Source: Perna viridis (Eukaryota). Taken from it: a stretch of 64,000 nucleotides of DNA. The stretch spans positions 36,890,001 to 36,954,000 of the forward strand of contig CM074512.1 in the NCBI GenBank assembly GCA_037379345.1, read 5' to 3'. How positions within the stretch are numbered: the first letter of the stretch is position 1; every line of letters begins with the position of its first letter. This document shows, piece by piece, positions 25,701-40,700 of this stretch. The position numbers and the translations under genes are program-made. A model generated the notes under the pieces. The model was given only the letters and a program-made list of their open reading frames with translations, was not told the DNA's origin and made no database searches.

Positions 25701-28700
25701 ATCAAACTTGCCGTTTAGATTAAATACTCAAAGTTGTGACTCAAGACATTAATTACACTTTAAAAGGAAGTACTTCAAAGAAATTTTTTGATACACTTTA
25801 AGTGTCATGATTTGGAGCAGTCAATTGTATCAAACAACCTTAATGACCTTAAAAGCACGACGAAAAATGTAAAAAGCAAATGACCATTAAAATATTCTGT
25901 ACTCAGCCAAAACAAGAATCACCAAATATCCTTAAAACAATTTATTCTCTCCAATGAATCACAGGATCCCAATCCACAATAATCTTATGCAATCATATTA
26001 CATCCTAACACTGGAGAAAATGTCTATCAATCAGCATATAGAGAAACAAGCTATGTCTGCCTTGTAATACAGATTAATTAGTTCATTCACTTTCCATATG
26101 TCTAATTAATGACTCTAGACATCCAATCATTCTTGTGGAAGCCTGATAAATCCACTGACTGAAACGTCCACTAATTTACTTAGCTTTTTCAGTTGCTTTA
26201 ATTTAATTAGTATGGAAAGGAATCTAATCGTGGAAGACTGCTATTGCCACTGACTAATAATTCACACAGAAAACGAAATTATCCTGATAATAAATCCTGA
26301 TGGAAATCATAGCATCATGCATAACGGATGAAGATTGAGATGCTCTATTAAGAACTGTGCAGGACCATGACATCAAGTAACCTCCAGCACAGACTGGAGT
26401 CATAAAAATCTGTTGTCAAGCTGGATGACAAAACATGAAGCAAACTAGGTTATCCTGATACAAGTACATAGATGTCAATAACAGCATAAAGAACCAACTC
26501 CATATTAAGTCTAGAACCCACTCTCTTGTTGTAATTTCATTAGTTAATCTTACAATTGGGGGTTATTCACTTCATGACACTTTCAGCATACAGCCAAACC
26601 TATCATAGTGACCATCTGTACTCAGCAATATCCTGTCTTAACGGACTATGATTATAATATCCCTATGTAGTACATTCTATGTAAAATTTGCCTGTTTATA
26701 AAGATCACCTGTCTAATGTAATTATGATTTTAGTCTCCTTTGGAATGTAACTTAGTTTTCCTTCATCTCTTTAATTTCACTTTTGGAAATCATTTGCTCA
26801 ATGAAGCACTTAGCATTTTTTTTATTCACCATCTATCATTTAATTTTACTTTTTAGGAGTCAATCACTTATTGGCACTTTCAGCATACTTTTCTTCAATA
26901 ACTAAGAAATAGACTACCCTACATCAGTCTGAAATAGAAGTCTCCTGGAGACCCTTCACATAAATGAACAAAATATTAACTGAGAAAACAGTAAAACAAG
27001 CCTTACAAAGCAAATAGAAATCTACATCCAACCAAATGAATTTGTTAGTTGGCAGCATAAATGCCAACATAAAGTGCATATAGAGAGTTGCATGAAATCC
27101 ATACCACAGAAATTAGAAAACTTTAATATACATGTTCCTTACCCAATATTAAAGACATAGCCAGGGTCTCATAAATTATATAAATAATAAAATTTCAGCT
27201 TTGATAGTAAATGTGACAAATTGAAACAAAGGTAAGAAAATATCTCTGACAATATAGAGTAATCTAAAGCATGTTTTATGAGATCCAGGCCTGAAGTCGT
27301 AGTTAATGACAGTAAAGAGTGTAAGGCCATTTAAATATTTCGGTTCTCAAGCCATTTTTCATAAAAATCAACCAGAGCAGAAGACATTTCTTAACCATAA
27401 AGTAGTAAAGACATTGCTTTTACATTATTCACAGCAAAAAACAAAAAAAATGATGAAGGTCATTTTCTTTTTTCATTGATATAATGATAAAAAATTGGTA
27501 AGGAGACAATGGGGCCTGAGAACCAAAAAAATTGCTTATAGGTGGCCTACGGTAAAATTTAAACATTGCAGTGCAGTAAAAACTTACACTCAATACCTAT
27601 GCTTTCATTAGTATTCAGCCGACGTAGCTTCTCTTGTTGACGCTCCCGTTCCTTTCGAAGCTTTTCGTCATGTTCTTGTTTCTTCTTTTCTCTTTCTATT
27701 CTTTGCAACTCAGCTTTTTCTTCCTTCTCCTTTTGTACTCTCTCCAATCTTTCCTTCATGGTTTTGCTCATGGGTTTATTATTCAACTGTAACAGATAGG
27801 TTGATATCATACTCTAACATTAAAATACATGATCTGTAAAAATCAAACACTACAGTACTGGGTTGCAATATTGATTGTAGCAACATAGAATGTGCCATAT
27901 AGTGGCAGATTTTCATTCATTTAACCAACATCAGAAGTGGAAATAATTTCCAGTCAAAACTTCACTATACGGTTGTAGTCATCTAAATACTTTAGAACAG
28001 TAGTCAAATATTTAACTCACACTTTGCCCTATGCATATTAAGTGTGCTTTCCATTTATTCATTCAAGCTGAACCTCAGATTTGTTTTCTACTATTTGCCC
28101 ACATCACACAGAGCTTAGAAAAGTTCTAGGAATAGCTCTCCATAAATCAAAAAGTTGATAGCTACCTCTATACATCAAAAACGTGTTTCAATATAAAGCT
28201 TTCTAAAGCAGACAGCAAAAATTCAGATGTAGCAGGTGGAAATTGCTACCTACAGCTACTTTTAAAAATATTGATCAAAGAGGCTTGTTAAAGATGAGGT
28301 ATCATATGTATAGAAAGTGGAACATGTTTAAATTCAGTTTGTATTTGATATTGGAAAGCAATAAAAGTCCAATGTCATCAATGTCTTATATATATATGCA
28401 TTACAAATACTTTGTAAATTTACCAATCAGACCATGTTTGTTACATCTTAATGAAGAAGACTGTAGTTATATTCTGTACACAACAAACTACAAACCTTAT
28501 CTAACATTCCAGCACATTCTATGTTCATTTTAACACAGTTTATACTTTTTAAATCTTGTTTATCTTGATTAATACCAAAACACAAAACAACATAGCTACT
28601 CATTTTGGTCACATTTATTCATTCCAAAGGCCTCCAAAATGGCAAGCTCTAACACTTATAAAAAACTGAATCAATTTCTTATACTTAATGCATCAGAGTA

Positions 28701-31700
28701 CATTTTGTATTTGTTTTTTCCATATTTTTCAATCACAGAGGTCTTACTTTCACATTCTTGCATTTAGAAACATTTCAAATCAATTGGAATACAATTTATC
28801 TAAGTGCAAAGTAATCCATGATCAAATAACTCTAAACCTCATGATTTTTAGTTGTAATTGATTTTTACAGACAAACAAAATTTGACGACTTATCAAAACC
28901 AAAACAAATTCTTCATAAAACAGTATTTTTTGACATTATGACATTTCTACTAGATTTTAACCACTTTCAATTTCTTAAAGGGCTTTTTGAAGTTGGCTTC
29001 ATTGTCTAGACAAAGAGACTAAACAGATAACTTTTCTTGTTGGGTATACAACCCACATATCACCTGAATTATTTCAATGCATTGATATACATGTACTATT
29101 AACCTCAACATTTTTGCAGGGTGTTATTTAGGCAGTTTGCTGGGTTAAACACTTGACCTGGAAGTAAATTTTGCAGAAAGTTTCTGCAAATATATTCCAA
29201 TGGAGTTTTAGCGTGAGGATTATTTTATGTAAATTTCTCAAACCTGAATTCAACAAAATAATCCACCCATACAAAAATGACCTTATTTACAGAATTTATT
29301 TGTAACATGGAACACAAGAATATATCTGAATGCTTACATCCTCTTCATCAGCATAATCATTATACAATTCATCATTGGTACGATTGTTAACACCTACACC
29401 AACAACACCACTGGAGAAATCTTTACCATCATTTTTCTGAGGTTTGCGATCAGAGTCTTTAGACTGGGAATTTCCAGCAGATGAATGCTCAAACCCATTG
29501 CTGGAATCAAACATTCCTGGGAAAAAAAAAAATCATAAGCATCAATAAAATGAGTCAGTGACCACAAGTCGAGTCTTCAACATTTTTATTGTAAAATACT
29601 GCATAGCAAAATTGGTTAATACACAACAGGAGGGACATTGTACTTTTAGACAATTATTTAACACTTACAAACAAAATCTTATAACATGCAGTCTTGGATC
29701 TATTAAAATCTATATCAGAAACATTACTGTTGAAGTAACTGTATTAAACTTAAATTAAGTAAACAAAAAAACCAGAATAGGTTCAAAAACCTATAATTTC
29801 CATTTATTATGAAAATTATTGTAATCATTTTTTAAGAATCAAAACCCATATTTGGCATTAATTTACATATTTGCCTTCATAAATGTATTACCCCCTCTGC
29901 TTCAGTTAACACAGTTATGCAACCTCTCAAAACAAATTTTTTTTAAAGTTTATATTCGCCATAAAAAGGTCTCTTGACATTAGCCTACTATCAAATTGAA
30001 TAAGATGTTTACCATAATCATTAATAGTAAATTTTTACCCTTTGCAAATGGCTATTTACCTTGTTCACAGTAGATCCACATGACAACTTTTCAATATCAA
30101 ATTATTTCAAGTTTCACACTTGGACTTCTTTAAAGCAAATAATTTCATGCATGTATTAAAATGCACATAACCTTCATATAAAAAATAGTTCAATTATGTC
30201 AAGTAAATTGAATTTAAAGCACCACTTCTTGAAAAGATTAAAAATGTTTGCGACTCATCATATTGTGTATAAACATGATAAATTTCCAATTGACTAGCCC
30301 ATTAATGAATTTTGTTCAGAAAGATGTATTCAGTTTGTCATTGGAGTAGAATCAATCTCCGTTTATTTACCTATCAAATTTGATAAGAGAGCAAAATGCA
30401 TTTTCTTTCATAGACTAACATACATTTGGAAGGCCATTGTATGTTTTATCCCCTGCTTCATTGTAAGTCTTAAAATAGAGGCTATCAAATAACACTAGAA
30501 GGTAGAGCAACTACAATGTCTCCTATAAGGATTTTATCACAGAACTGAAAGCCAGATATTCCCACAACAAATTCTTAAAATAGAGGCAATAAATGGACAT
30601 TGGAATAGCAATTGGCATCTATATCTAAAGAAGAGCAGTTAAAATTTAGCAGGAGGTACATGATGTAGGAGATATTCATTTATAGCTAGTACTATCAGAT
30701 CATGCAATAGTCTACAAAAAAGTTATTAACAAACAGCATGTCAGTTGACAGTTAGTGCAGGTGTTCCTTTGATATGTGATGCAAAATAAAAGCCTTATTG
30801 TGTTTTTGTGGTCGTCATTTCACAATTGATGTAGTTTTGCAATATATTATGAGAAAACAACAAAAGCCTCCATCTGTATCAATTCACCATTAGTGACTTA
30901 ATATTAAATCGCCTCCCTTTTTTTTGCTTCTTAAAATGCCAGACTTCATTGTGCAAATAAAATTTAGATGCAATAATGCCGAGTAATAGTACAAGTATAC
31001 TCCATTAATACAATACATGAACCTTTTGATATTAACACATTATACACAGCCTACTTTAATATTAACTTGAAGAAAATGCAACTAAACTACACTTAATATA
31101 AACTCAGAAATGGTACATTTTTAACTATTTTGTCATATGTCCACATAAAAGTAATTTCTCCAGAAGTTTGAATAATTAATTGACAAAAAAAGATCCCTTC
31201 AGACAGTAACAGCTAAAATTTCCTCAAAAAGAAAACACTATCAGCCATAAGTTTTGGTTGTCATTAAATTGAACCTGACAAGAAAATCTTAATTCAATTG
31301 ATCTTCATTAAAGTATTAAGTGATACATTAAAAACAAAATGTTGTATACTAGATCGAAATAAGAACTAATACCCCCACTCAACCATTTGTCAAACATGAA
31401 AAAGAGAGACACAGTACAAATCAACATGCAAAAGCAATATACCAAATATCTAAGCATTCCCTTAAATAAAGATGAGAAATTTGTTACAGAAAAGTTTAAT
31501 GGACAAAGGTGATTGCAATATAGCACCCACTCAAAATAAACAGCCTAAGCACATGATACACTCTTTCTTTCTTTTATTTTTAAATTATCACATGTGAAGT
31601 CCCATAACTCTAAAACATATAAAAAAAAAGTTTAGTTAATGTACAGCATGCCACCAGACAGACAAGAGTATCTCATACATGTGTATCCATCGAAAAATGG

Positions 31701-34700
31701 GCATATTATAAAAATTAGCTAGCATTAAAATAGAAACTTACAGAGCAGTGTTGAGAAATAGCTCCTTTTGTGTATGTTTTGCAGTCTAATTTATTGCTAG
31801 GGCTCTTGACTATGGGAGATCATTAAAAACAACATTCTTACAAAATCAACACGGATTTGTGAAAAAAGCATGAGTAACTTTGATTATGTAATACCCTATG
31901 AAAGCACTCAAATAACCCTGAAGGAGTTACTTATCAAAATATCAATTCTATACAAGGATAGAAGCATAACACCTTGAAATGCATACATCTTAATTAATAT
32001 AAGGAGATAGGGCGATGAAAGGTCTTACTGGTCTAAGATACAACTGAAAATTAATAATAAAGTGTTGAATGATTTAATCATGAATTTGCAGACTTGAATC
32101 CATCACAAATGAGAAAACATAAAGACTTCTGATAATTCCTGCATTAAAAGAACAGAAAAATTGCTTGAAGTTAACCAATATTCAGATATTCTGTCAAATT
32201 TTGTACTTTTTGGTCACTCTCTGGTCATAGTTTTGGCAAGGAAATAAATTGGTGTCCACATCCAAGAAACAACTTCACAGTTAGTAAATACATTATTTCA
32301 TAGTTTATTATATGTGAAAATATAAAGTTGTTTCTTGGGTTGTGAGCATAGTTTTCTAAGTGTAAATATGTCAGGAAAAAAAAACAAAAAAAAAACAAAA
32401 AAATTTACAATTCGCAGAAGTTTTTGTTTAATGACGAAAAATTGTGGCACCATTATGACATCATAACAATGAATTAATGCCACAAAATATTATTTTTCCT
32501 TAAACTTATATCTTTTACTATGTTATAAACATTTTTATACTATTTCAACAAAGTTGATATTTTTAGGCAATATCCATAGCTTAATGTCCCTACACCTTTG
32601 GTTAAAATCTTTGATTACTTCAGGAAAATATTGTGAATTACATCAATGACAGTATTATACTAAAATTATACCACAGGATGTGTACTATTGTGTAGACCCT
32701 ATTCCAGCCCTGATTTCATGAAATTTTGTTAGTATTTCAGAATGTATACCCAAGTGAAAGCAAAGATCATGAAAAGTGTTTTTTACACCAATACCCAAAA
32801 GAGAAAAATGGTAATGAATAATGTTTAAAGATGTTAATTCTAGTATTTCCTGTCAGTATAGAATACTAGGAAATCAAATTCTGTTGAAATATTGTCATCA
32901 AATTAAGTCTCCCTTTCAAACTTGTCCACTCTGAGAAGTCCAAATAAAGTGGAGTTCAAAGGTCAATATGAATAAATTTCAGGTCCTTTTGAATTTCCTC
33001 TTCAAAATATATACATATGCCCACAATATTCCAGATCACTCTGTTATTGATCAAAGTGGACATTGTTAGTTTATCCAGCAAGAAGATAAGAAAAAGGTAT
33101 GCCACATAGAACATAAATTTTCAAAAAAGATCAACAAAAAAAAATATTGTTCTAAAACTACTAAAAAAAGCAAAAGAAATGAGGACAACAGACAAAACCT
33201 ACCCTTGCCAATTACACCAATCCCATCAGAGGTGGGGATTTTATCATCATCCCAGTCCACTGCACCGTGGCTGTTTACTGAGGCCACACCTAAAGGTGAC
33301 AAAAGGGGGCCTGCAAACACAACAACAAATGGCATGGGTGAGTGCTGATTGGTCAGTGGATTAACCAATCAAAAGGATTTGAAGTGAACAGTAACATGCA
33401 GTGATGTTCAACCATGTTAGAGCAGAAAAAAGGGTTTTGATAAAGGGGAGTGCAGAATAAGCTTCTAATAATTTAGGTCCTATTTTTTGTGATGATATAC
33501 TGGTGCTCTTTATTATTTTGTTCTACCCTAAGAGATAGAAATACTTCTAAGTCTACAGTTTATTTTCCACTCCAAGATAAAAAAAAACAAAAAAAAACAG
33601 AAAAACAGAAAAAAAAAGAAACAATGAAATTTTCTTTTTTCAATTGGGAATTAATAAAATTTTTTAAAAAAAAGTATTAAAATGGGAATTTTCAGATTTT
33701 AGATTTATTTTTGCTGATTCTCTGGATGTTACTATTCACGTCTTTCAACGCCTTTTGAGTTCCCATTATACAGCATTTAGTGAGTAAACATTCTATGCCT
33801 CCATAACTTTCTGTAAAAGGATGACTTCAACATATTAGATATTTCAAAGACCTTTATCATGCAAAGTGAAGAATAATACATTTTACAGAAACTGAAAACA
33901 TTATTTTAAATATATATTCAATATGTATGCATTTTATTTAAGTATTTTCATTTTCGTAGTTTTACTTAATGTTTAAAATATATAGCATATTGCTCTATAC
34001 ATAATCAAATTGATATTCTTTCTACATATAAGAAATTTTTTTGAAAATTTTAAGTTTCAAAACTGAATTCAAGATCTGGTAAAGTAAACAGTGAAAAGCT
34101 TAGTTAGTCAAAAGTGACATAACATATTGCAGCAAATCTAATAAAAAACTTGAAAAAGTGAAGAACACTTCTAGTGCTTCAAACTGTGTTTCATTTTCAA
34201 TACAGAACAATATTTCAATTAATCGTCCTACCAAAATGCCATTTTTAATCAATGCACAAAATTCATTACCTTATCTCAAAATGAAACATTTTGAATATCG
34301 TTTCTTTAACAGGAGCAATATGATAAATGACATTGATCACAGAATAAAATAATTGAAACTGGGCCTAGAAAAATACATTGTCCACAATAAACAGATGTAC
34401 AAAAATATAGTTATTTTAGAATAAAATCTGGTAATTTAGGATTTAAAGCCAGTCCATACAAATCAAAGAAAATATCAGGAAAAATGAAAATCCACAATAA
34501 ATAAAAGAACTCCCAGAAGCTTTATCATCATCCTTTACAAAGAGATATAGAGGCAAATGGATTGATATTATACCACACATCATTAATTAACAAAGTAACA
34601 CTGATAATTGTTCAAGCAGTGACTCTTTTTTTTTACTGCAGTGTCACACATATTTATCAATGGTTATTACAAACTTAGTGAGGTGCTCAAAAGATTTGAA

Positions 34701-37700
34701 TGAATGAATATCTTCCTAATACTTTGGTGCATATCAGAGCCAAAAAAAAACAGAAATAACTTTATTTTAATGGCAAAAAAATCAATTATAAACTAACAAA
34801 AATTAAGTTTTTCAGTCTTTATAGTCATCAAACCTAACCCATTTACTTGTTTTGCTAATTCACTTATCATTATAGTATTATTAAATCCCCTGGTTTTATA
34901 CAAGTATGCATAGTCAAAATTTGTAGACTCCCAAAAATTAAAATAGACAACATTTTTTCTCAGTAACAACCACTGTCTTATAAACTAAACTTCATTTTAG
35001 TAATGTTGGAATTTTTTTTCAACTTCAAATATAGCTTTCATTCATACAAACAATCTCTAATTGAGCACATGGTTAAAATGGTTTAAAAATTAAAAACAGT
35101 GCTTCAGGGTCAAATCATACACAAAAATACATGTGAAAACCAAAAAAAACAAAAAAACAAAAAAAAAACAAAAAAAAACCCAGACCGACCTGCTGGCCTA
35201 CCTTTTGATTGAACACGTCTTCGCCTTCCATTGAATCCCATAATAATTGGTTTTGTCTCGTTAGGCTCATCATTATATCCTTTGCCAACAACTTGAACGT
35301 CTGACGTTTTATTTTCCCGGAAAGTCACACCACTGGCTGGATTGTAATCAACACGAACCATTGTTTTGCCAGTTTCATTTTTGTTACTATCCAAATGGTG
35401 ATTTTCAGGTAGTTTTCTTTCAACAGAATTGTTTCTTGCTAATTTTGGTTTTGATTCAAAAGGTGAGTCTGTTTTTTTCCTGAAATATCAAACATTAGTT
35501 ATAGAATTGGAACAAGATTATTACATGTAGGTGCTTGTGAATGTCAAATGCGTGGAAATACTGAACGTCTTGTAACTCCTTCAAAATTCATTTAGGTACT
35601 CAAAATGGCAGTATAGTATGTATTTCTAAAAAAAGAATACATGAAGAGATGTAGTGACTTTAGAGACATAGCCTCAACCAAGTTCTGTAGACAGACAGAC
35701 CAATAAACATACAATTGTATTTAAAGACTACCAGTAACCACTTGGAAAATATTGTAAAAAACATTTTTATATTTGTAGAATACCTCTTAGATTAAATAGC
35801 AATATGATTCATATACAGTCATTGGAAATTACTTGATTTATTTCAGGACAGGAAAATTCAATATGTTCTGCAAGTATTCAGACATTTTAAACATTGACTT
35901 ACAACACGCTAACTCACATTAGACATCTGAAGGTGAACGAGTGCAATTACAAATGGAAATCATGACATGAAGGAAAGCATTTTAAGTTTTTTGAAATACA
36001 ACTCCTAAATATTTTTTCATTAAATATAAGTTGATTCTAAAGGGTGACTTTTTAGTGATGCACAGAGAAGTGCATGTACAAACATTGTAATATACATATA
36101 AACAAATATCTTTGCCAAATTATCATGCACTTAAATCTGTTTTGAAGGAGTTTATTGATGTGTGAATTGGGATAAACTTTAAAAAGAACAAATATTTTCA
36201 TGTTATGTTTGAAAGTTATTTTTCAAATCTAATATGAAGTTTTTATAACATTTATTTCAAACTAGAAATACTGTGAGCAAGCTCACATAGAGATTCTGAG
36301 AATACCCCCTGCTTCAAAAATGTAAAATTTAAAACCCATATCTTGCATTATCTCCCCATGGAGTACTCCTACAACCATTAAACACTTTCATGCACATCTA
36401 CAATAATGCCCAACCTTCCTATAAAATTTCATCAAAAGCCTTTGAGAGGAATCAAAATATAGTTACTTGTGCCAAGAACACTTTGAGATTTCACTCATAC
36501 ACAGAAGTACAAGACACTCTTTTAAATATTAGGATTATTTGGTACTTGTGGTAAAATTTTGGTTATTTACTCTTTCCAATTGGTTATCCTTGTAGTATTC
36601 AGTGAGTTACCTTTCTAACACGGAGTAAGATATACTTAAAAAAAATTATAAGAAAGCTACTCTTCTGTCAAGGAGTAAAATATACTAACCCTTTCCTTCC
36701 TCTACTGGATAGAGAGTTAGAGTCAGATTCTGAGTCTCTGTTTGATGAAGACGTACTGAAGATCCCACTCTCATGTGCGTCTGGTGATGGTGACCTTGAC
36801 AATATGCTTCGCTGGCTACCATGGCGGCTGCTGATTTTTTCTTTCTTTTTACTGGCACTACTTCTAATACTTTTCAAAGAATGCATCATCTACAAGACAG
36901 ATTTTACTATTACAGCATGTAGAACACAGCTAGTGGACTGCTTTTTTTCATTAACTATATATCTTTTTGCAACTCAGGAAAAGACAAGACAAATGGGGTC
37001 CTATATGGCATACCTCCATATAGAAATTTATCATTTCTCAATTCCTTAACAAAATTTCTAGTAATGGTTCAAATAGCCTCTTAATCCCTCCTGAAGTAAA
37101 ATTTGGATATTACTGTTTTATCAAGATAGTCAAAAGGACACCACTGTTTCCATATAAATGACAATGTCACTGGCCTTTTTATTTAATGTGCATGCATGGT
37201 AACTAATGGTCTCTTCAGTAGAAAATCAAAAATGCTTCCTCACTGGTGAATTTACTGACAATAGCTGACCATATATGCCCAATGCCTGGATTTCAAAAGG
37301 CTAATGAAAACTAGGTAAGTTGGATCGCATGTGATAAAATCAAACTTAGTAATGGGATAGAAATAAATAATTTGAAAAAAGATGAAATTATCAAACAATG
37401 ATATAAATTTTTATTGACTGTAAACTAAGAGTCATGCTCAATTATAATGTTCAATAATTATATTGATTTAAGGAACTGACCAGCTAACTAACAAGTCCCA
37501 GATTCGTAAATCAGGTATGGATAACAAGTTAATTAAGTCGAGGTCAATGAAAGTTTATTGGTGATGAGCTGCCACTATGTGTGATTATATTGACTGTATC
37601 TTCAATTATTCCGAGACCAGTAATTCAATTCTAGAGAATGTTTCACAGGAATAAAGGTATGTTACATATGGGTTTTCAAGTAAGTAATAATTGGTCAGGA

Positions 37701-40700
37701 CTATCATATTAGAATGAAATTCACTGGGTAAAGTACATTCAACTAGAAAATCAAATCAGATGAGATATTACAGTGATGCTACTTCATTTTGTGGACATCA
37801 AGTTTCATCGTTTATCAAGTTTTCTTCAGGATAGATAATGAAACTTTAATTTCAGAATAATTTCATATTTCAACTTAAACAATATTCTTATTAGACCAAA
37901 CCATAAAACAAACAAAATTAGTACCCACACACACAGTATATGTATTACTTCTTTTTACAGTATTATAGAAGATACAGATCCATATGAGAGCTTACTGTAA
38001 TTATCAGATGGGTCTAATACAAGAAATTAATCACATCACAACAAATTAATAAGGTATATCATATAAACAAACCTTAGGGCCTCCATGGATACTCTTCAAA
38101 TATTTCATCATCTGTTAAAATAGAATAGGTATGGAGAAATGTATAAAAGGTGCTAGAAACACTACAGTAACAGAGATTCCTAAGTACATCTGTAAATGTT
38201 CAGTGGTAAAATCCACAAAAAATAGTTCAGTAATGAAAAATTTAATGTAGGTTCTGATAGAACATGAGAAAATTCTGTAATACCAAAACCTAGTACAGAT
38301 TTCACAGTTATGGTTCCAGTTTCATTCAGTGTTTTATGCAAACATTTATGACTAACCAATCAGACCACTTTCGGAAAGTTTCAGAGACTTGATTAAAGTT
38401 TTTATTTGCAATGTTCATGAAGTTGGATCTGGTATAGAAATGTCATTAAAAAAAATTCATCAAACTATTTCGTATCTTAGGAATTTCTGTAGCAGAATTA
38501 AAGCAATAGAAATACCAGCAGAAGATGTACAAAGTATTACAAAGACTGCTTCAGTGTTATTGACTATAAACTCTCAACTACTGTGAAAGTACTATGGGCT
38601 AATCAAGATTTCTTTTTCTTTTTTTTTTTTTCCCTTTTTTTTTTGGCCAAAACAATTTCTACAATAACTAAAACCACTAACACTGATTTCTACGTAACAA
38701 GAAATATATTTCAAGTTGACAAGTCACATTCTCAATTGTCAAAGAATCTGTAACTGTGAAACCTGTCTGGAACCAAACCCATGTAGGCTAGAATTTGTTC
38801 AATATATACAAGTTTTGGTTTATTCAGGTCGAGATTATTTAATCTTATAAAAAGAGAATTAAAGTGTCTGGTTTAGACAAGTTTTCATTTTACTAAGGGT
38901 TCAGTTTAGACAGGTTTCACTGTATACTTGGTAAAGTCCTCAAGTAGAATATTCTCAAGAGAATTATAATGTCATGAAATCTGAAATATCAGAAATTTGT
39001 AACTGAGAAGGAACATTCTTAATCTGGTAAATTCCATTTTGTGACAATGTGACCTAATGTTGACATCTTCATAAAGATTAAGAACATTATATAGATTCTC
39101 AATGCTTTTCTAAATCATTAATTCATCATATTCTGTATGCATATAGTCTAATTTGCATCAGCTATTCAATATTGATATTAATACCTTCAGTTTCATAAAA
39201 TCAGATGTTTTCAAACTTCAAAGCAAAAATATTTTGCAGCCAAAAAAGCAAAAAGGAAGTAAAATGAAGTTCTTTGAAACATTAAGAATCCATCAGTATT
39301 GACTTGAACACCAACTATAAATATAGGCAATATTACAATAAACATATTATTTTCATATGTAGTACATCACATTCTAGCCTAGTGTAAGAATGCAAGATTA
39401 CAAATACAGTGAAAACCTATCTCAACCAAACCTGTTGTACTGAATGATTTGTTAAGTTAAGGCGAATGTCCAGATATCACAGAATAAAATGTATTAATTC
39501 TGATACAAAAATACTTTCATAGAATGTCTTGTTTAGATAGATGCTGGTTTATACAGGGTTCAGTTTATACAGGTAGCCCTGTAAGTTAACACCGTTATAT
39601 AAATCAAGTATGACTAGCATACACCGAACTATCTGTGACAAGATCTTAATATACAAAACTATAGATTTAATTACAAATTAAAAAATGTGTCAGAGACAAA
39701 AAAGGACAAATTTAGTTAACAGGAAGTACATGTCCAACTGGCCTGCGGAACCTGTACCTGATGCTACATACCAAATGTCAAGAGACTGGAATTAAGAGTT
39801 GCTAAGGAAAGTGTTACAAAAATAATTTCCCCTCCTGTCTGCCAACTCAACATTCACCATAATATAACCCAATTTTCGCTATGTGAATTTTGGCCAAAAA
39901 TTGTAATGCAAAATACAGTGACTAAGTGCAGCTTTTTTATACTCAGTAAAGTAGGCAAGAATTAACCTTTGTAAGTTTATGAGGCAAACAACAACATGGG
40001 CAAATTAGACTGGCCTACCTTCTTTTCCTGCTATTTGTAAATTGAAGTCTTATGTCATGTGGTAATCAATTTCTGTAATATTTTGTACCTACATGTACAT
40101 TTGATACACACAAAATTCATAAAACATAAAACATTTTTAAAAAAAGCTCTAAATGACTGATTTTTATTCTAGGTATTGAAGTACTTGTGGAAACAGCTAT
40201 AATTTGCTGGTTTATTTTCCAGCTATGGGTAAGTATATTTCACTCTTGAGCACTAGTATTTAAACTTGATAATCCTGAAGCATTCAACGTTAATCTCCAT
40301 TATAATACAAATCAAAAGCTAATAAAACTTCTCGGCTTAATAAAATTGTCCACCTGCCAAAGATTTACAGGTACATGTATTCATAATATTGGGTTATTAG
40401 AGAAGGTTTAGGCCTTGCTTATTTAAAAAGAAAACATTTACATTAAATAGTTATGATTAAACCATAACTTACATGTTAAATGTACTAAATACTCTAGCAA
40501 TACCTAGTGAGGACATGCTTATGAATTACCTGTAATACTATAACTAGTTAAGAAGCATCAAGATCTTGGAAGGCATGCATTTTCAGAATTAGACTAAGAA
40601 ATGTATAAAAGATCATTTTCTGAGATGTGAATTTTCATAACTTTGGAACTTTAACAGAAAAAGTTCAAAAATCAGTTTTTGTCCAAAACATCATGATATA

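Noticed and set aside
27143-27158. ATG-to-donor segment MSLIL(A) in phase with exon 24812
   Set aside because: Only 16 nt and abuts the inverted end of a small repeat (27161-27290); easily chance
37996-38013. 18-nt microexon candidate (THLIIT)
   Set aside because: Only 59 nt from the 39-nt exon and no independent support
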